Shown in pieces: positions 58,861-64,000 of a stretch of DNA of 64,000 bases (positions are counted from its first letter, which is position 1; each line of letters begins with the position of its first letter). This stretch comes from SAR202 cluster bacterium (GTDB taxonomy: Bacteria; Chloroflexota; Dehalococcoidia; Lucifugimonadales; OSU-TB39). Location of the stretch: the NCBI GenBank assembly GCA_009392195.1, contig VFGY01000030.1:1823-65822 (forward strand), given 5' to 3'. A program made the position numbers and the translations under genes. The notes below the pieces were generated by a model. It worked only from the letters and a program-made list of their open reading frames with translations, had not been told where the DNA came from and searched no databases.

Positions 58861-59757
58861 ATGAAACATATCCATAGCATAACTGGTATCAAATATGTAC
58901 CTAAAACCTACCTCATTGAAAAAGGGGCGATATTAGCTTTCAATAAATCGATAATCTATGATGAACAAATCCAATGTTCGAATCACGAATTAAAAACACC
59001 TCCAACTTTCACACGCTATTTAATCCCAGGTGATTTGGAACAACCAATTCACAATCCATATTCTAACCGACTTGATGGAAGTAGCGAATGGAAATATTTC
59101 ATCGACATTAACATTGGAGATACAATTACAGTTTCTGGAGATATATCAGAAGTCAAAATAAGGAACGGCAGTTTAGGAGAAATGTGTATTGTTACATCGA
59201 AATTAATTTATGTTAATCAAAAAGATGAACTAACGTGCACTCAATTCAGTACCATAATACATTACAACCGTTCACCAAATTCTAATATAAATTCTTCAGA
59301 TAAAAGATATTATAATACTAGTAAAAATAATGAAATTTATAAGATTGCAGACTTAGATTCTCTTAAAGTAGGCGACAATATACCAGAACAACTTAAACAA
59401 CCATCAACGAGGCAACTTGTTATGTATGCTGGCGCATCGAGAGATTTCTATCAAATCCATTATGACCAACAATTCGCCCAATCAATAGGATTCCCAAAAG
59501 TCATTGTACACGGAGCGTTAAAAGCTGCTTTCCTAGGCCAAATGCTGACAAATTCCATGGATCAATCCGCAATATTAGATGAGTTGTTTGTAAGGTATAA
59601 CGCAATAGATTTTGAAGGCTGTGAAATGATATGTAAAGGAACAATAACTAAAATCATTCCGTCCAATATAGATAAAAAAATCTACTGCGATATATGGATA
59701 GAAAATTCTGATGGGATAACAACAACTGAAGGTAATGCTACAATAACAATTAGGTGA
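58861..59757 (+). CDS. Double hot-dog fold MaoC-like dehydratase
   Basis: 298 aa. C-terminal half has YQIHYDQQFAQSIGFPKVIVHGAL (MaoC hydratase motif). The N-terminal half is hot-dog-like. Confidence 0.65.
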   Translation: MKHIHSITGIKYVPKTYLIEKGAILAFNKSIIYDEQIQCSNHELKTPPTFTRYLIPGDLEQPIHNPYSNRLDGSSEWKYFIDINIGDTITVSGDISEVKIRNGSLGEMCIVTSKLIYVNQKDELTCTQFSTIIHYNRSPNSNINSSDKRYYNTSKNNEIYKIADLDSLKVGDNIPEQLKQPSTRQLVMYAGASRDFYQIHYDQQFAQSIGFPKVIVHGALKAAFLGQMLTNSMDQSAILDELFVRYNAIDFEGCEMICKGTITKIIPSNIDKKIYCDIWIENSDGITTTEGNATITIR

Positions 59758-59758
59758 C

Positions 59759-62410
59759 ATGTCTAAACTCATAAAAATACCCTTACCAAAAGCGGTATTT
59801 CAACAAGAGAATTTTCCTCAATTAACCTCTAAGTTGAATTCATTGGAAAAAGTCTCGAACCTAAAATCTTCAGCCAACACCTCGACAATTGAGTTCCAAA
59901 TAGATAATGATAGTGCTACGGAATCAATTCTTGATGAATTTTCCAAATGGGGCTACCAGATACCTACTAACACGATTACTTTAGGCATAACTGGTATGAC
60001 TTGCGCATCTTGCGTGATACACATAGAAAATTCCATATCGAACTTAAACGGGGTTATTAAATCTAGCGTGAATTTAGCTACCAATCAAGTAGCAGTAACT
60101 GTGATAAATGGGATACTATCTGAGCCAGAAATATCAGACTCAATCACTGATGTAGGGTACGGTACATATCGTATCTCGAAATCAACTAGAAACATAATTC
60201 CTCCGGTTCAAAAGTACACCCTAATTAAAGCATCAACTGCAATAATATCAGCAGTAATAATAAATGTACTTAACCACTCTCATATTGAATATTTATTCAA
60301 TTTCCCTATAGCATATATATTTTTGATTCTTGCCACTCCTGTACAGATATGGGCCGGCAGTTACTTTTATGTTAGTTCCTGGAAAGCTTTGAAAAATTAC
60401 AGGTCAAATATGCAAACGCTAATTGCCATTGGAACAACAACCGCATATTTATATAGTGTACTAATAACTATTGTTAATCCATCAACAAAAAATACAGTTT
60501 TCTTTGAAGCTTCCACAGCAATAATAGGCATAGTTTTAATTGGTCGTTACATAGAGGAAAAATCCAAATTTAAAGCTGTAAATGTTGTAAATACTTTAAT
60601 GTCCATGCAGCCTAGCACAGCGACAGTCACCCAAAACAACCAACAAGCTCAAGTTGAAATCGATTCACTATTGGTTGATGACGAAGTACTAATAAAACCT
60701 GGAGAACGGATCCCTACAGATGGTGAACTCATATCTGGACATAGCTGGGTCAACGAATCAGCAATAACAGGAGAAAGCATCGATATAGAAAAAATACCAG
60801 GGTCCCACTTGTTTTCCGGAACATTAAACACCACAGGTTCTTTTGTTTATAGAGTCACTAAATCTAGTGAAAACAGTTTATTTGCAGAAATAATAGAACA
60901 GCTAACAAAAATACAACAATCCAAAGTACCTATACAAAAATTCGTCGATAAAGTGTCTAATCTATTTGTTCCAATAATAATATCTATTTCGATAATAGTT
61001 GGCTTAATATGGATATTCCTCCCTAACGAACCTAAATACGAAGATGCTATTTTAGCCACGGTTTCAGTATTAATAATAGCCTGTCCATGTGCATTGGGAC
61101 TTGCTACACCAATAGCTATTATGATTGGTTCAGCTAAAGCAACAGCCGCAGGAATTATTTTCAGCGATACATCAGCTTTAGAAAACTTGAATACTATGGA
61201 TATATTCGTATTTGACAAAACTGGTACCGTAACTTTAGGAAAACCACACTTGAAAAATATATCCACATTAAATATATCTGAAAATGAAGCTATAATTTAT
61301 GCTGGATCAGCTGAATCTAGATCCGAACACCCTTTCGGTAAAATTTTAAACTCAATCTGTAAATCCAAGAATTTATCTATAATTGAACCTACTGAATTCA
61401 CAGCAATTCCAGGAGAAGGCGTAGTAGCCAAAATCAATTCCCAAAAAGTCATGGTTGGGCAAATCAAATTGTTCGAACCAAAGATGGTCACAAAAGAATG
61501 GCAACACAAAATTGAAGATGCGAACAAAAATGGAATGAGTACGATTTTGCTTGCAATAGAAAATAAATTAGTTGCTATGTTTAGTTTCGCTGATACGATC
61601 AAAACTGATGCACAAGATCTCATAAAGTCATTACATATACTTGGAAAAGAAACCATGTTAATAAGCGGAGACAATCAACACGTAACAAAACAAGTCGCTG
61701 ATTCAATAGGAATGACCAGATATATGAGTGAATTATCTCCAAAAGAAAAACTTGATTCGATACAAAAATTACAAAACAAAGGTAAAACTGTATGCATGAT
61801 TGGAGATGGAATAAACGACGCTCCATCACTCACTCAAGCTGATATTTCCATAGCTATGGGCTCAGGTACAGATGTGGCAATACAAGCATCAGGAATCACA
61901 CTCACTAATAACAAATTAAGTAAAATTGCACATGGCCTTCTGATTAGTCAAACCACAATGAAAATAATAAAACAAAATTTGTTGTGGGCATCAATTTATA
62001 ATTTGGCATTATTGCCGATTGCAGCAGGGTTAATGCATCTCGTATTTCATAATTTTGATGTCGAGATAGATTCTAATTTAATAATAACTGATAATGGCTT
62101 GATTAATCCTATAATTGCAGCATTAGCAATGGCTGCTAGTTCAATTAGCGTTATAATAAATTCTTCAAGAATAAATTTATTGTCGGAAAATCCAAGCAAA
62201 GGACTAAGAATGAAAATACCGTTCTTTTCTAAAAAAGAAAAGCAATCTATAGATCCTGTATGTGATATGAAAGTTAATGTATCCAACCCGCATGGTGGGA
62301 CATTCTCATACAAAAGCGTCACCTATTATTTTTGTGGTCCAGGTTGTAATCATGCATTTCAAAAAGAGCCAGAATCATTTATTTCAGGAAATAAAAAAAT
62401 TAAGATGTAA
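59759..62410 (+). CDS. copA: Copper-translocating P1B-type ATPase with a C-terminal YHS/TRASH domain
   Basis: 883 aa. HMA GMTCASC, TM motif CPCALGLATP, FDKTGTVT, GDGINDAP. C-terminal DPVCDMKV...YYFCGPGC. Confidence 0.9.
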   Translation: MSKLIKIPLPKAVFQQENFPQLTSKLNSLEKVSNLKSSANTSTIEFQIDNDSATESILDEFSKWGYQIPTNTITLGITGMTCASCVIHIENSISNLNGVIKSSVNLATNQVAVTVINGILSEPEISDSITDVGYGTYRISKSTRNIIPPVQKYTLIKASTAIISAVIINVLNHSHIEYLFNFPIAYIFLILATPVQIWAGSYFYVSSWKALKNYRSNMQTLIAIGTTTAYLYSVLITIVNPSTKNTVFFEASTAIIGIVLIGRYIEEKSKFKAVNVVNTLMSMQPSTATVTQNNQQAQVEIDSLLVDDEVLIKPGERIPTDGELISGHSWVNESAITGESIDIEKIPGSHLFSGTLNTTGSFVYRVTKSSENSLFAEIIEQLTKIQQSKVPIQKFVDKVSNLFVPIIISISIIVGLIWIFLPNEPKYEDAILATVSVLIIACPCALGLATPIAIMIGSAKATAAGIIFSDTSALENLNTMDIFVFDKTGTVTLGKPHLKNISTLNISENEAIIYAGSAESRSEHPFGKILNSICKSKNLSIIEPTEFTAIPGEGVVAKINSQKVMVGQIKLFEPKMVTKEWQHKIEDANKNGMSTILLAIENKLVAMFSFADTIKTDAQDLIKSLHILGKETMLISGDNQHVTKQVADSIGMTRYMSELSPKEKLDSIQKLQNKGKTVCMIGDGINDAPSLTQADISIAMGSGTDVAIQASGITLTNNKLSKIAHGLLISQTTMKIIKQNLLWASIYNLALLPIAAGLMHLVFHNFDVEIDSNLIITDNGLINPIIAALAMAASSISVIINSSRINLLSENPSKGLRMKIPFFSKKEKQSIDPVCDMKVNVSNPHGGTFSYKSVTYYFCGPGCNHAFQKEPESFISGNKKIKM

Positions 62411-62465
62411 CCTGTTGTACATTGAGGATTTTAATTTAAAATAGAGTAGAATACTTGTTTTATAA

Positions 62466-62552
62466 GCCGAAGTGGCGGAATGGTAGACGCGCTGGTCTCA
62501 AACACCAGTATCTGTAATGGATGTGTGGGTTCGACTCCCACCTTCGGCACCA
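62466..62552 (+). tRNA. tRNA-Leu (anticodon CAA), long variable arm, CCA encoded
   Basis: Hand-folded: acceptor GCCGAAG/CTTCGGC, anticodon stem CTGGT/ACCAG, loop CTCAAAC, T-arm GTGGG-TTCGACT-CCCAC, 87 nt. Confidence 0.9.
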
Positions 62553-62600
62553 TTGATTAGTAAAACCATAAATAGCATAATAACGACCAATAAATATTAA

Positions 62601-62804
62601 ATGTCCCTCCATTCAAAAAACAAAAATACTCAAGTACCAATTGAATTCAAAGATTCACTGAAATCTTCTGAAAGAAAATCCAATCAAAAATCAAGCACTA
62701 GGCAATTCTGCCTCAATTGTGGAAATGGTTTACACCAAAACGGTCAGTCTTGTGAAAAATGTGGTAATTCGGAATTTACCTTGTTATGGAAAAATTCGAA
62801 CTGA
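62601..62804 (+). CDS. Small zinc-ribbon protein (hypothetical)
   Basis: 67 aa with CLNCG...CEKCG. No obvious SD. Confidence 0.3.
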   Translation: MSLHSKNKNTQVPIEFKDSLKSSERKSNQKSSTRQFCLNCGNGLHQNGQSCEKCGNSEFTLLWKNSN

Positions 62805-62820
62805 TTCCAATACAGTTTTG

Positions 62821-63603
62821 TCAATTATTTTCATCAAGCATATCTTTTACAGTTGTAATCGTACCTCTAATTGCTTCAGATGCCAACTGCCTTCCCTTTT
62901 CAAATGATGCTTTCTTTATTCCAATTTCATTAGAAGAATATACCTTATTAAATCTAACCACATAGGGGATAGCATACATAGCTAAAGAGGTTTCAAATTC
63001 AGCAGCATGTCCCGGATATTCTTTAGTTTCCAAAATGGAATTAGCTAAATTTTCAGGGATATAATCCCAATAACTGTTAAATCTAATATCTACATCATTT
63101 TTCTTATCATTTAGCACTGCATCTACATACTGATAATGATCTTTTATATCAGACGATAAATTCGATTTCACTAAAGGGTTTTGGGTAGAAATTAAATTAA
63201 GTTGCCACTGTTCTAATACCCCTTGAATCGGAGCTACATTTCCGCCATGACCATTCAATATCAATATTTTTTTGATTCCATGCCTCAATATACTTTCTAT
63301 CAAATCAAATATTATCGATAGCCAACTACCCGGCTTAGCACTGATGGTACCAGGGAAATACATATGGTGTTCTGCTATCCCTATAGAAATTGGTGATGTG
63401 ATTAATGTATTAGGATACAATTCTCCTGCTGATTTTGTAGCAATATATCTGCTCATTTCTATATCCATATTCACCGCTAGATGGTCCAAATGTTGTTCAG
63501 TACTTCCAGTTGGAATTATTACACTTTTGAAATGACCCATTTCAATATAATTAGATAATTCTTCTCTCGTAAATGAATACAAATCAAATACTTTGGAATT
63601 CAT
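62821..63603 (-). CDS. Creatininase-family amidohydrolase
   Basis: 260 aa. PTGSTEQHLDHL, LNGHGGN, GHAAEFETS. Confidence 0.8.
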   Translation of the reverse strand: MNSKVFDLYSFTREELSNYIEMGHFKSVIIPTGSTEQHLDHLAVNMDIEMSRYIATKSAGELYPNTLITSPISIGIAEHHMYFPGTISAKPGSWLSIIFDLIESILRHGIKKILILNGHGGNVAPIQGVLEQWQLNLISTQNPLVKSNLSSDIKDHYQYVDAVLNDKKNDVDIRFNSYWDYIPENLANSILETKEYPGHAAEFETSLAMYAIPYVVRFNKVYSSNEIGIKKASFEKGRQLASEAIRGTITTVKDMLDENN

Positions 63604-63697
63604 ATTAAACCCTCATTTTAGATAATTTACAAAGCCATGAATTAAATTAATAACTTAGGCAACTTTGAATCTTCACAATTTGTTGAAATTGAAAAAA

Positions 63698-64000
63698 TCA
63701 CTTTTCTAACGCTATCCCTGCTAAAAGGTACATTATGACATACACTATACAGCGATACACCAATGGAGATCCTGGAGGTATGCATATAAAAGATAGTCCT
63801 CCCAAACCTTTCTTGCCAATTTCGTGTGCAATCCTTATCACTTCATAGTCGGTTAACCCAATAGGTTCAGATGCCTCACCTAATATATCACCTGGTGCCG
63901 GTCCTGCTCCTCCTATTACATCCATGTCAAAATGGACATAAACAGACTTAGTACCTTGATATGCACGATCAAGTTCTTTTATTAATCCATCGATCCCAAG
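63698..64000 (-). CDS. Arginase/agmatinase/formiminoglutamase-family protein, C-terminal part (5' end beyond the window)
   Basis: The frame is open to the window edge. VYVHFDMDVIGG...PAPGD...EPIGLT resembles the SxDxDxxDP...PG...GGLT ureohydrolase motif, with substitutions. Confidence 0.55.
   Translation of the reverse strand, partial: LGIDGLIKELDRAYQGTKSVYVHFDMDVIGGAGPAPGDILGEASEPIGLTDYEVIRIAHEIGKKGLGGLSFICIPPGSPLVYRCIVYVIMYLLAGIALEK

Noticed and set aside
62411-62820. tRNA-Leu followed by a small zinc-ribbon ORF as a possible island or prophage remnant boundary
   Set aside because: No integrase or recombinase and no att-like repeat seen. The downstream genes are metabolic (creatininase, ureohydrolase family).
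62719-62907. 62-aa plus-strand ORF overlapping both the zinc-ribbon ORF and the creatininase 3' end
   Set aside because: It overlaps a well-supported gene on the opposite strand and has no motif or SD.
1-64000. Window-wide look for CRISPR repeats, tandem repeats, IS elements, toxin-antitoxin pairs, retron/DGR reverse transcriptases and defence-island signatures
   Set aside because: Reading the ORF translations and the intergenic regions by eye, I found no periodic direct repeats, no transposase, integrase or reverse-transcriptase-like ORFs, and no nuclease/ATPase pairs outside housekeeping roles (mutL, pcrA). A computational repeat scan was not possible here and could still reveal short dispersed repeats.

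Overview
AT-rich (about mid-30s % GC by eye, not computed), densely coding bacterial chromosomal segment that reads cleanly in the standard code. I call about 60 protein genes and 2 tRNAs (Gly-UCC, Leu-CAA, both with encoded CCA). I saw no CRISPR array, transposase, integrase, phage gene or recognisable defence gene. Non-ATG starts (TTG/GTG), usually behind a good Shine-Dalgarno, are frequent. Housekeeping genes include a minus-strand block (pyrD-mutL, then def-cca-secD-secF), plsY, tsaD, pcrA, copA, ccmH-ccmF, thrC and lhgO. Between them sit many paralogous catabolic enzymes: 2 phosphotriesterase-like proteins, 2 amidohydrolase-2 proteins, 2 D-serine-dehydratase-like proteins, 4 consecutive DapA/NAL-family aldolase-like genes, an SMP-30 lactonase, a Gfo/Idh/MocA dehydrogenase, a LarA-like protein, and creatininase plus an arginase-family protein. 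This paralogue expansion resembles marine oligotrophs such as SAR202-type Chloroflexota, but taxonomy cannot be established from this window. I did not find a convincing wholly new multi-gene system such as a defence island. The best candidates for follow-up are: (1) a second ThrC-like PLP enzyme followed by a stand-alone NIL-domain protein and a MoaD/ThiS-type carrier ending GG-Cys, likely a protein-thiocarboxylate sulfur-amino-acid module; (2) a near-consensus promoter reading into an 83-nt GC-rich nested hairpin between mutL and def; (3) the DapA-family quartet and its neighbouring lactonase, dehydrogenase and amidohydrolase genes; (4) tandem DSD1-like paralogues, one lacking the PLP lysine; (5) an ABC / GldF-GldG fusion / DUF4340-like / TolB-like envelope cluster. 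All family assignments rest on motifs read by eye from the translations; no searches were run.
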